Shown here in pieces: positions 1 through 11,900 of a stretch of DNA of 64,000 bases. Made by a program: the position numbers and the translations under genes. The notes under the pieces are model-generated. The model did no database searches and was not told where the DNA came from. It saw nothing but the letters and a program-made list of their open reading frames with translations. This DNA is from Macrostomum lignano (taxonomy: Eukaryota), in the NCBI GenBank assembly GCA_002269645.1, contig NIVC01000126.1:959629-1023628 (forward strand), written 5' to 3'. Numbering within the stretch: position 1 is the stretch's first letter; the number at the start of each line of letters is the position of its first letter.

Positions 1-3000
1 GATTGACTTGATCGAGTTCACCGAGGTCATCCTGCAGCTGCTGCAGACTGAAGACATTCACGACATCATTCACGAGGCTGATAACGATGATGTGCTCATT
101 AAAATTGTTGAAAACATCGTGCACTACGTACTGTTCAGAGAGGATGCTATGCTCCTAGAACGGATCATGACGTGCGGGGTGCTCTGGTCTGAAGTTTCCG
201 TATTGATAGAGAAAAACCTCGACTCGCTCTATCTGCAAGCCCCCGAGAGAGAGGTGAACGGTATTATTAAGCATTTTCGGACGAACTTTGTTGAAAATGA
301 GGCTGTTGATCATAAAAAATTGGCCGAATATTATGGCGACCTGTTGTCCTGCTACAGGCTGAAGGGAGACTGCGAAGAAACAAACCCGGACAGTCCGTAC
401 ATGCGAAATCCTTTTCGAACTCTGCCCGTGTGGTCGATTCTGTCCGGCCGATTGTGCCTTACTGAACTGCTATTGCAGCAGGAAAAATTCGATGTTGTAC
501 CGCTATCGCTGTTCTGCGCCGGCGTGCTGCGAACTTTCCCGGCTAACCAGGACATTGTGGTTGATGAGGAGGACGTCGAAGACATGGCGCTGACCTGCGA
601 AAGATTTGCTCGCAAAGTGGTAGAGAAGGCGTACACAATTGACACCTCCTACAACCGGACTGTCAGTCTGGATTACTTACTGCGGCCGATGGAATCTTAT
701 GGCGGCGTCTCGTGCGTTCGGCTGGCGGCTTCCAACGGTTGCGCAGTGTTCCTACAGAGCGAGCTGTGCCAACACGCTCTGGACAAGTTGTGGTTCGATT
801 CCTTGCTCTACCTGAGTCCGGTCACTCGAGAAGTCGTGATCTGGATGGGCGCCATTCCGATGAACATCTTTGTGCCCATTCTGCTGTCCTACTTCGATAG
901 CAAAGAGGTCGTAGCGAGACAGAAGCACGAAGAGCGGCCGTACATCAGCGACCGTCAGTCAGCTCAGAAGTCGGCCAAGTTCCACTTGCTGCCCTTAGAA
1001 TCGGTCGAACCGGACAAAACTGCCGACAGCACCGACGGAGAGAATCTGATTAGGCCAAGCGTTGAGTTGAAGCAGTTTGGCAATTATTTACCGCACAGGA
1101 GGCGGTCGAGCCTGATGAGACCATCAGGTGCAGAAAATGACAACCAAGTTCCTCTTGTGGACTTTGGGCACGATGAGCAAGACTGCCAGTCTCAGAGCAC
1201 GCTAAACTATTCGGAATCAAACTATTTTTGCCACTTCAGCAAACTTTTAATCAATTTCTATCGTACGCCGGGTGTGAAGTTTCGGTACCACGTCGCTTCG
1301 CATATTGTACTGCTCGGACTGATGTCCTACTTCCTGCTCGTAGATTTCAAATATGAAATCTCTAACATTGAAATTATTGTCTACCTAATTCTTGGCGGCT
1401 TGTTTCTGGAAGAGATGGGCGAAATGGTGCAGTACATCGTCCATAATGACATTCAAAGCTACTTCAATAGTAAGTGGAACGTGATTGATTTGTCAGCCCT
1501 GCTGTCAGGTGCGACGGGTTTTGTGATTCGCCTGGTAGAGATCAAGCACAACTCCGAGTGGTCCGACATGATGCGAGACTTCGAGGACTCGGCTTGGTAT
1601 TCAGCCAGAATTTTTCTTAGTAAGAAAATCAATCATTGTTTGACTCTTAACTATAGACACAATCTACCATTGTCTACCTCCAAAACTATAGACACAATCT
1701 ACCATTGTCTACCTCCAAAACCATAGACACAATCTACCATTGTCTACCTCCAAAACTATAGACACAATCTACCATTGTCTACCTCCAAAACTATAGACAC
1801 AATCTACCATTGTCTACCTCCAAAATCATAGACACAATCTACCATTGTCTACCTCCAAAACTATAGACACAATCTACCATTTTCTATATCCAAAAGCATA
1901 GACTTAATCTACCATTGTCTGACTACAGAACCATAGACACAATCTACCATTGTTAAACTCAAAAAACCATTAAACACAATCTACCAATGTCTACCTCCAC
2001 AAAGATGAATTGATTTCACTACTGATAAAAAACGTTCTATTTATAAGTAGTATATAAAGGAAACTGCTAATTGTTTCTTGCAGGCATCTGCTGCACCCTC
2101 TACTGGATTCGGCTGCTGTACATTTCGAATGTGCTGGAGAATCTCGGGCCCAAGCTAAGAATGATCGCCCAGATGATCACCAAGGATCTGCTGCCATTTC
2201 TATTGATTCTGTTCATCTTCATCCTGGGATTCGGGTGCTGATGCACAGCTTGCTGTACCCCAACGGGTACAAGGCCTGGAACTCGGCTCGTATCAGCAGT
2301 ACTCACGTGCTGCTGGGCATGCTCAAGATCTGCTTCTACAGCATGGTTGGGGAGTACAGTCTGGATACCATTATTGGGGACGATTCGTGCGAAAATGTGT
2401 ACCAAAATTATACTCTAAATGAAGGCAACTGTCCGCACAAAATCGGACGGTGAGTTGGTGGCACTGGATATTTAGAATTTTCAGAGTTTAGTTTAAGGAT
2501 TATTTACCCAATATTCTAAAATCCTGCTAACAGGTACCTGGTGCCCTACCTGATCCTGCCTCTCTACGTGATCGTCACGGAGATCTTGCTGCTGAATCTC
2601 ATCATCGCCATGTTCAGCAAGACAATCGAGACCATCGACTCGCGCAGCACCGATCTGTGGCAGTTCGAACGCCACGATCTCGTTATGGAGTTCCAGACTC
2701 GTTCGAGTCTTCCGCCGCCACTCAACGTGTTCGATCTATTCTACAAGCTGCTCAGGCTTCTCCGGAGACTGACTCAGCATTCCAGATGCGTCCTCTGCAG
2801 CTGTGTCAACGAAGTCGAGACCGTTTTTAGCCGCCGCGTCGTGCTGCAGTTTCTGCTGTTCCAAGCGCTCAGCCTGCGCAATAACCGGCTGAGGCTGATG
2901 CAGCAGAGTCTGCCGAAACAGGAGACCGAAGCCGAGAAGATGCTGATGAAGATGAGAAAAATTGTCGAGTCCGAGTTGACAAAGCTGAAGCAGCAACCGG

Positions 3001-3170
3001 CGGGTAGCGACCGCGGCAGCGAAGGTGACAGCGACAGCGACAGCGACCCGCCGAGAGCCATCACAGCCAACACTCTGTTAGGCAATTTGCCGAGGACAAG
3101 GCTGCCAAGGCCCAGTCTCGCCCAGACCAGATGGAGACAGGCTCTGCGACTGCAGACCATGTGGCGCTAG
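1..3170 (+). CDS. TRPM-like cation channel, tandem copy 1 (5'-partial; 1-bp deletion frameshift at ~2234)
   Basis: Exons <1-1619, 2084-2449, 2534-3170 with GT..AG introns. MHR4-like block (LLRPMESYGGVSCVRLAA..CQHALDKLWF), S4-S5 linker LGPKLRMIAQMITKD, pore SMVGEYSLD, S6/TRP box LLNLIIAMF..WQFERHDLVMEF..LPPP. Frame breaks at TTCGGGTGCTGA where the paralog reads TTCGGAGTGCTTATG. Confidence 0.88.
1652..2000. repeat. 35-bp minisatellite in TRP copy 1 intron
   Basis: Tandem ATAGACACAATCTACCATTGTCTACCTCCAAAACT, decaying at the 3' end. Confidence 0.95.
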
Positions 3171-3317
3171 CAACCCTTCTTATTGTTGCTCTTCGAGTTT
3201 TTTTAGTGGCCAATTAATTTTTGTTTGCAAAAATGTCTGTATTTTTCTGCTGTGCCAATTCTCAAATTTTAACACTTGGCAGCGTGATACTTCCTTAACC
3301 CATTTTTTAGCTGTTTC

Positions 3318-4734
3318 CATAGGCGTAGGAACGTTTCAAAAAGTGGGGGGGGCAGGTTCAGTGGCGGATTTGGGGGGTGCGCACAGGGCGCACGCCCCTG
3401 TCGAGTTAGATTTTTTATATATGGAAAATGCACATTATCATGTACCGATTATTTTCAGAATCCGTCTTGTCAGCACTCATTTTATAAAGCGCCGCAGGTG
3501 CTCATTTTAGCGCCACAGACACTCATTTTAGCGCCACAGACACTCATTTTAGCGCCACAGACACTCATTTTAGCGCCACAGACACTCATTTTAGCGCCAC
3601 AGACACTCATTTTAGCGCCACAGACACTCATTTTAGCACCGCAGGCACTCATTTTAGCACCGCGGGCACTCATTTTAGCGCCGCAGGTGCTCATTTTAGC
3701 GCCGCAGGCACTCATTTTAGCGCCGCAGGCACTCATTTTAGCGCCGCAGGCACTCATTTTAGCACCACAGGCACTCATTTTAGCGCCGCAGGCACTCATT
3801 TTAGCGCCGCAGGCACTCATTTTAGCGCCACAGGCACTCATTTAAGCACCGCAGGCACTCATTTTAGCGCCGCAGGCACTCATTTTAGCGCCACAGACAC
3901 TCATTTTAGCGCCACAGACACTCATTTTAGCACCACAGACACTCATTTTAGCGCCGCAGGCACTCATTTAAGCACCGCAGGCACTCATTTTAGCGCCGCA
4001 GGCACTCATTTTAGCGCCGCAGGCACTCATTTTAGCGCCACAGACACTCATATTAGCGCCACAGACACTCATTTTAGCGCCGCAGGCACTCATTTTAGCA
4101 CCACAGGCACTCATTTTAGCGCCGCAGGCACTCATTTTAGCGCCGCAGGCACTCATTTTAGCGCCACAGGCACTCATTTAAGCACCGCAGGCACTCATTT
4201 TAGCGCCGCAGGCACTCATTTTAGCGCCACAGACACTCATTTTAGCGCCACAGACACTCATTTTAGCACCACAGACACTCATTTTAGCGCCGCAGGCACT
4301 CATTTTAGCACCACAGGCACTCATTTTAGCGCCGCAGGCACTCATTTTAGCGCCGCAGGCACTCATTTTAGCGCCGCAGGCACTCATTTTAGCGTCACAG
4401 GCACTCATTTAAGCACCGCAGGCACTCATTTTAGCGCCACAGACACTCATTTTAGCACCGCAGGCACTCATTTTAGCGCCGCAGGCACTCATTTAAGCAC
4501 CGCAGGCACTCATTTTAGCGCCGCAGGCACTCATTTTAGCGCCGCAGGCACTCATTTTAGCGCCGCAGGCACTCATTTTAGCGCCGCAGGTGCTATGTTT
4601 TGTCGCCCTGCAGCAAAATGCATTCATGCAAAGCAGCAAAAAACAAAAATAAACAAAAAGTCTACATTTTACGTTTAAACATTTTAAAAAGTGGGGGGCC
4701 ATAGCCCCACTGTCCCCCCGTTCCTACGCTTGTA
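3318..4734. mobile_element. Non-autonomous hAT-like DNA element carrying an internal tandem array
   Basis: Imperfect 16-bp TIRs CATAGGCGTAGGAACG / CGTTCCTACGCTTGTA. Flanking direct repeat GCTGTTTC (3310-3317, 4735-4742; extendable to TAGCTGTTTC). AAAAAGTGGGGGG lies near both ends. Confidence 0.7.
3489..4590. repeat. 21-bp minisatellite
   Basis: Tandem CTCATTTTAGCGCC(A/G)CAG(A/G)CA, about 50 units by span/period. Confidence 0.97.
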
Positions 4735-5911
4735 GCTGTTTCAGAAGTAATCCAGTTTGCCGTTTTACCTGCTCATTTTTTACTAGAAATTTTTGGCTAC
4801 ACAAATTACTTTTTACACTTTTTGCTTACTAAAAAAGCGGTTTTCTTTGTTAAATTGATCAATTTCTAATTTTGCCAAACTGAATGAATTAATTTTCCGA
4901 CGCTATTTAATCGCGAACGCGTTTACTTTTAACCAATATTATTCAAGGTAAAAATTGTCCGACTCCTCTCGCTTGTTGAATTTAACTACTTGGCGATGCC
5001 TGCACACTGGGGTAGATTTGGCGTAATTTCTTTCCGGCAAAATGCAAACAATTTTAATCAGCATACTCAGACTCTAGACTGTAGAGAAATACCTGAATTG
5101 AGTATATGTAAAGTTCTGAGGTTCGCCAACTGACCGGGTTCATCTTTGTATAGATAGCAGACTTAGACTTGGACTAATTGATGCTTTTTTACCTGAAGTT
5201 GACTAAAGAAACCCCGCACGTGGCCCGGAAGATGAAAAGCTTCAGTCCAAAGCAACCTCTGCTGAATGCAATCCCTTGATCATCCGACGGAACAGGTAAA
5301 ACAATTGACAAAATCCCTAATGCAGTACATTCTGCTGCACAGCCTGTCACCCCAATGCCATAAAACCCTAGACTGGCCTAGAGGCACCAATTAAATAGTC
5401 CCGTTTCTCGTCCCCTTGGCGTTTTTCTCTAGCCCTGTGCGGTAGGGAGCGGGGGATAGAGGCGGACAGAGGTGCATGGGAGTGTACGCGCTGGAGGCGG
5501 CGACTGACTCACTGGGTGTAAGCAGTAAAGACTGCCTTGCAGAGAGAGAGGGCAAGGCGGAGAGGTTGGGCTGCCCCGGCCACTCCTTCCTCTGCAGAAA
5601 TACACGAAAAAGCCTTATTTAACGATCCAGCTGCTTTCTGTACGAAGCAAAGCCGTGTGAACTCTTGTGCGCAGCGCATGTAATTCTTTCTTATCGCGTC
5701 GCGAGCTGCGACCGACTCGTTCGTGTTAATGAACGTCTGCTGCATGCACTACTGACTCTGAGTGAGCCATAAAACAGTTCTTTATCAGCAGCTACTGTAG
5801 CACTGCATGGTCACTGGATCACTGGCAGTTAGCTACAACAAGTGTTTAAAAACAGTTAGTCAATATGCCAACTAACACACAGTTGATTGTTTAATTTAAC
5901 TGACATCCGGC

Positions 5912-8900
5912 ATGTCTGGGTTCAACATCAGCAGCGAGCAGCAACGGTTTCAGTACTCGCGCCAGGTGTCTCGAGAGCGCCACGATTTTGACCAACCGAG
6001 TCGACGAACTCAACTGAATGTCCTCCACGGAGGCCAAAATTTTTACCCGGTCGGTTCAGCGCCGTTGCAATGGCGAATCCGACGGTTTGAAAACTTTTCG
6101 ACGGCTGGAGGTGGCGCCGGGGCGCCTTTGTCGTCGTCTAGGCCGACTTCTCGAGTCCCGGCAGCGCCTTTTCCGGCTGGTGCCGCGCCGTCATCCGCAG
6201 CGGTAGGAAGAAACTTTCCGAGTTTCCGGTCGAACCGATCGACCGCGGCAACAACCAGCGATTTTGATCCCATCGTGTTGGACGCTTACAAGGCGAACCG
6301 ACTGGAGCAGCTCAAGCGGCTTCTAACCATCAAAGGCGTGTATACGGAAGTCAACAGGTGCAAAACAGTAGCCGATCTAGCTGCGGAAGATGGCAAGTTC
6401 GAGGTGCTGGATCTGCTGAAGGAATTGTCGGTCGACTTCAACAGGCGAAACGCTGAAGGCATGGTGCCGCTGCACTACGCCTTGAAGAAGCGTCACTATC
6501 GAACTATTCGATACCTGCACAGTTTGGGTGCCAGTCCAGACATTCCTCTGCCGTCGTCCATAAGCGGACGGGGACTGTCCGACTATCCGCTGCACGTGGC
6601 CTGCGCTAGTGCGGACAAGAAAATGCTGGACACATTGCTTGGTATGTGCAGATTCGCAGCGCTCCTTTTGTGGGGGCAAAGCTTTCCCGCTTCCCCTTAG
6701 GGAGGCCATAAATTTCAAGGACTCCTAATGGCGATCGCCACTTCCAGTATATGTCTCGCAAGCTTGCATACATATAAAAATATAAATTTTCAATCTTAAA
6801 ATGACTTACTAAATGGTTTGTTTGAAACCGCAGACTACTGCGGCGCCGAGCTGCACGTGCTGGACGCTCAGGGCAACACGCCGCTGCACCGCGCCTGCCT
6901 CGAGGACTCGCTCGTTGCGGTAAAACGCCTGGCGCCGCATCTCAGCAGCGAGGTGCTCAACGTGCGCGGTCACGAAGGCAAAACAGCGCTGCACATTGCT
7001 GTGCTGAATCAGAATCGACAGATAGTAGACTTGCTATTGAGCAAGGGAACGCTGGTTGACGTGCCAGCGGACAGCGGCAAGACAGTCATTGACCTCATCC
7101 TGCAGCTCAACAATCCGATGCTGCTTAACGATTTCGCTCGATTCTACTCAATCCGCATGACCGAGGGCGTCACGGCGAGAAACCTGATGGCACTGTCGCA
7201 CGAGAAGCACTTCGAAAAGTACCTCGAATTTCTCTCTCACGTAGACAACGAATTCAACGAGTGCACAATGGAGATCAAGGACATCAGCGAGGTTGAAAAG
7301 GAAACTCTGTGCGCCAAACTGCAGCACGACGATCGAATCGACCTCATGGAGTTCAAGGAGGTCATCGTCCAGCTGTTGCAAACTGAGGATATTCATTACT
7401 TGATCATGGAGGATGATCGCGATGTGCTGGTCAAGATCGTAGAGAACATTGTGCACTACGTCCTGTTCAGAGAGGACGCTGTGATGCTCGAGCGAATTAT
7501 GTACTGCGGAGTGCTCTGGTCGAAGGTGTCGCTATTGATCGAGGATCATCTCGACTCGCTGTACATCCAAGCTCCAGAGAGAGAAGTCAACGGTATCGTC
7601 ATGCACTTCAAATCCCGATTCGTTGAGCAAAACAGAGTTCGGCACGACAAACTATCTAAGTACTACGGGAGCGAGCTGTCTTGCTACAACCTGCAGCCGT
7701 ACTACCTGGGATTCAATCCCAACATTCAGTACATGCGTCACCCGATGACCACCCTGCCAGTCTGGTCAGTTCTGTCCGGCCGGCTGTCCCTCACCGAGCT
7801 GCTACTTCGCCAGGAGAAGTTCGACGTCGTTCCGCTGTCCCTGTTCTGCGCCGCCCTGCTGAGAACTTTCCCAATGAATCAGGAACTTGTCGTGGAAGAG
7901 GAAGAAATCGAGGCTTTAGCTCTGACCTGCGAGAAATTTGCTCGAAAAGTTGTCGAAAAGGTCAACTCAATCGATACTTCGTACAATCGCTCTGTCAGTG
8001 TCGACTACCTGCTGAGACCACTAGAGTCCTACGGCGGCGTCTCCTGCGTGAAGCTGGCCGCCTCCAACGAGTGCTCCAGGTTCCTGCAGAGCGAGCTGTG
8101 CCAGCGCGCCCTCGACAAGATGTGGTTCCGATCGCTGCTGCACATGAACCCCATCCTGCGCGAGATTATCATTTGGATGGGCGCCATTCCGCTCAATTTC
8201 CTGGTGCCGCTGGTGCTGCTCTACTACGACGAGAAGGAGATGCGCACCAGGCGTCGCCACGAAGAGCGCAGCTTCGTCCAGGAGGATGAGACGACGCCGA
8301 TTTACGAAAAATTCCATTTGCTGCCGAAACTGCCGCTGCCAGCGGACCAGTCCGCTGACAGTCTGGAAGACCAGATCACTCGGCGACGCGGCTCCAACGC
8401 TCATTCGCTGGGAACTCAAGCTGGGCAGAAGCTCGCCAAGGAGGCCAAGCAGCAAGCTCACTCGTCCTCCTCTCTGCACAAGGAGAATCAGCAGAAAAAG
8501 GAGGCGCCAATAGAGGAGATCGAGTTCCGACAGATGGCCCGTCCGAACTCGAAGGTGTCGGAGAAGTCGGACGCCTCCTCGCTGCTGCACAAGGCTGACG
8601 AACAGGATGAGCACTCGATTTTGAGCTCGATCGGCACCCGAGCGCTCAGACGGTTCCGGCGATTCTTCCAGCTGATCTCGGAGTTTTACGATACCCCGGC
8701 CGTGAAGTTCCGCTACCACGTGGCTTCGCACGTGCTCCTGGTGGCTCTGCTGTCCTATCTGCTGCTGATGGACTTCCAGTACGAGCTGAGCATCAAGGAG
8801 ATCATTGTGTACGCCATTCTCTCCGGCATGCTGCTAGAAGAGGTTGGCGAGATAGCCCAATACACGGAGCACGACGACATCAAGTCGTACTTCAGAAGCA

Positions 8901-11900
8901 AATGGAACATCATCGACATCACAGCTCTGACCTGTGGGGTGGTCGGCTTCTCGATTCGCATCAGCGAGATCAAATACTCGCAGGAGTGGAGCGACATGAT
9001 GCGGGACTTTGAGGACAAGGCCTGGTACACAGCGAGGATCAGCCTGAGTGAGTTCTTCGGTACTGTTTTGAGAATGTCTCTATCCAATTTCTCTAGAGTG
9101 TCTCTTGAATCTTTATAATGTCTCTATAATGTCTCAATCTTGTATCTGTAGAATGCCTGTAGAATGTCTCTAGAATGTCTCTATCGTGCATCTGTAGAAT
9201 GTCTTTATAATGTCTCTAGAATGTCTCTATCGTGCATCTGTAGAATGTCTTTATAATGTCTCTAGAATGTCTATAGTATATCTGTGGAATGTCTTTATAA
9301 TGTCTCTAGAATGTCTCTATAGTATATCTATAGAATGTCATTATAATGTCTGTAGAATGTCTCTATAGTATATCTGTAGAATGTCTTTATAACGTCTCTA
9401 GAATGTCTCTATCGTGTATCTGTAGAATGTCTTTATAATGTCTCTAGAATGTCTCTATAGTATATCTGTAGAATGTCTTTATAATGTCTGTAGAATGTCT
9501 CTATCGTATATCTGTGGAATGTCTTTATAATGTCTCTAGAATGTCTCTATAGTATATCTATAGAATGTCATTATAATGTCTGTAGAATGTCTCTATAGTA
9601 TATCTGTAGAATGTCTTTATAATGTCTCTAGAATGTCTCTATAGTATATCTGTGGAATGTCTTTATAATGTCTCTAGAATGTCTCTATAGTATATCTGTA
9701 GAATGTCATTATAATGTCTGTAGAATGTCTCTATCGTGTATCTGTGTAGAATGTCTCTAGAATGTTTAAAATATGTGTAGATTGTCTCTAAAGTGTCTGT
9801 AGAATGTTTGTAGAACGTCTGTAGAATGTCTACTAAAAGGCCAATAAAAAATCTTTCTATTCCGCGCAAGGAGTGTCGTCATTTAAGTTTTTGCTTATTT
9901 TTTTGTTGTTCAGCGACCAAAAAGTAGCAAAACTCTTTCTTCTCTTCAAGTGTGGCAGTGTTCTGTAGCAGTAAAAATGGTAGGAACCCACAGATAGATG
10001 ATGTAGCAGGAGCTCTTGCAGTTAAGAACTGTTTCGTCTGTCTAACCCTAACTTGGAGTGGAAATGCAGTACGCTATGCATTCCAATAGTTCTGGGCATT
10101 GGCAAATTTGCATAAATTGCACTAAAGAGCTACTGCATGTGTACTGGTTTCCGGCGGAAGGGTTGCTATGAATATGCATATAGATTATAAGAAGCTGCTT
10201 CACTGAGAATGCGCAATTGTACATCACGGCTGAATTTGGCATAGCAATAAATTTCGCTGTTCAAATGCATGCGGAAATCAATCCAGCTATTTACCGCTTT
10301 CGTTTTTAAGTGAAAGCCTGTTTGCCGACTTCCCTCAAGAGATTAAAGGACATTTTGGTATTTGGTACTAGGATCTTGCTTGGGACAGAGCTTGTATGCA
10401 TGAGATTATTGGGATTTCAAGCTGTACAAGTGGCGCCAAAAAGTGTCTCAAATAGGTGCCTAAAAGTATCTCAAAGTGGCGCCTAAAAGTACCTCAAATT
10501 GGCGCCTAAAAGTATATCAAATAGGTGCCTAAAAGTATCTCAAATAGGTGCCTAAAAGTGTCTCAAATAGGTGCCTAAAAGTGTCTCAAATTGGCGCCTA
10601 AAAGTATCTCAAATTGGCGCCTAAAAGTATCTCAAATAGGTGGCTAAAAGTATCTCTATTTGGCGCCTAAAAGTTTCTCAACTTGGCGACTAAAAGTATC
10701 TCAAATACGAGCTCGTATATGCCTTAAAGTATCTCTAAAAGGTGCCTAAAAGTACCTCAAAAAGGTGCCTAAAAGTATCTTAAATAGGGGCGCCTACGAG
10801 ACGTAAAAGTATCTCAAATAGATGTCTGAAAGTATCTCATATAGGCGCTAAAATCAGAAAATGTCTTCACATAGCTACTCAAATTGGACTTCAATCAGTA
10901 GTATCTGGTGTAGCGCATTGCTATAATCTTTATTTAACAATAATTGCAGGCATCTGCTGCACCCTGTACTGGATCCGGCTGCTGTACATTTCCACAGTGC
11001 TGGAGAATCTCGGGCCCAAACTGAAAATGATTGCAAAGATGATCACTAAGGATCTGCTGCCATTTCTATTGATTCTGTTCATCTTCATCCTGGGATTCGG
11101 AGTGCTTATGCACAGCTTGCTCTATCCAAACGGATACAGGGCCTGGAATTATGGTCAATTGAACAAGGTTCACGTGCTGCTGGGCATGCTCAAGATCTGC
11201 TTCTACAGCATGGTTGGGGAGTACAGTCTGGATACCATTATGGGCGACGATTCTTGCGAAATGATCTACGAAACGCGGGAGAACAATACCAGCAGTTGTC
11301 CGCATCATTTTGGCCGGTGAGTGAGATTCCAGTCATTGTTGGTCCTGCGACTTCCAAAACCCTGGAGAGAGGAAGGGAATCCCCAGGGTTTTGCCATGGG
11401 TCTGAGGGGGAGAGAGAGGAAGGGAATCCCCAAGGTTTTGCCATGGGTCTGAGGGAGAGAGAGGAAGGGAATCCCCCAAGGTTTAGCCAGGGGTCTGAGG
11501 GAGAGAGAGGAAGGGAATCCCCCAAGGTTTTGCCATGGGTCTGAGGGAGAGAGAGGAAGGGAATCCCCCGGGGTTTTGCCGTGGGTCTGAGGGGGAGAGA
11601 GGGGAAGGGAATCCCCCACGATTTAGCCATGGGTCTGAGGGAGAGAGAGAGGAAGGGAATCCCTCAATGTTTAGCCATGGGTCTGAGGGAGAGAGAGAGG
11701 AAGGGAATCCCCGGGGGTTTAGCCGTGGGTCTGAGGGGGAGGAAGAAAGGGAATCCGCCAGAGTTTAGCCATGGGTCTGAGGGGGGAGAGAAGAAGGGAA
11801 TCTCTAGGATTTAGCCATGGGTCTGAGGGAGAGAGGAAGGGAATCCGAATCCCCAAGCAAAGGTAAGCTCTCTGCAGCAAATGTTAATCCCCATTGGACA

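Noticed and set aside
2221-2240. Programmed ribosomal frameshifting as an explanation for the broken frames (here and at 59.5-63 kb)
   Set aside because: The paralog shows a plain 1-bp deletion, and no shared slippery or stop-codon signal exists across the sites.
3482-4702. ORFs of repeated MSACGAK / LILAPQ peptides (likewise those at 15573-16193, 25920-26432, 26889-28088, 35285-37197, 37969-39069, 40267-40915, 55967-57822)
   Set aside because: Translations of tandem arrays whose period lacks stops; they lie in introns or spacers of well-supported genes.
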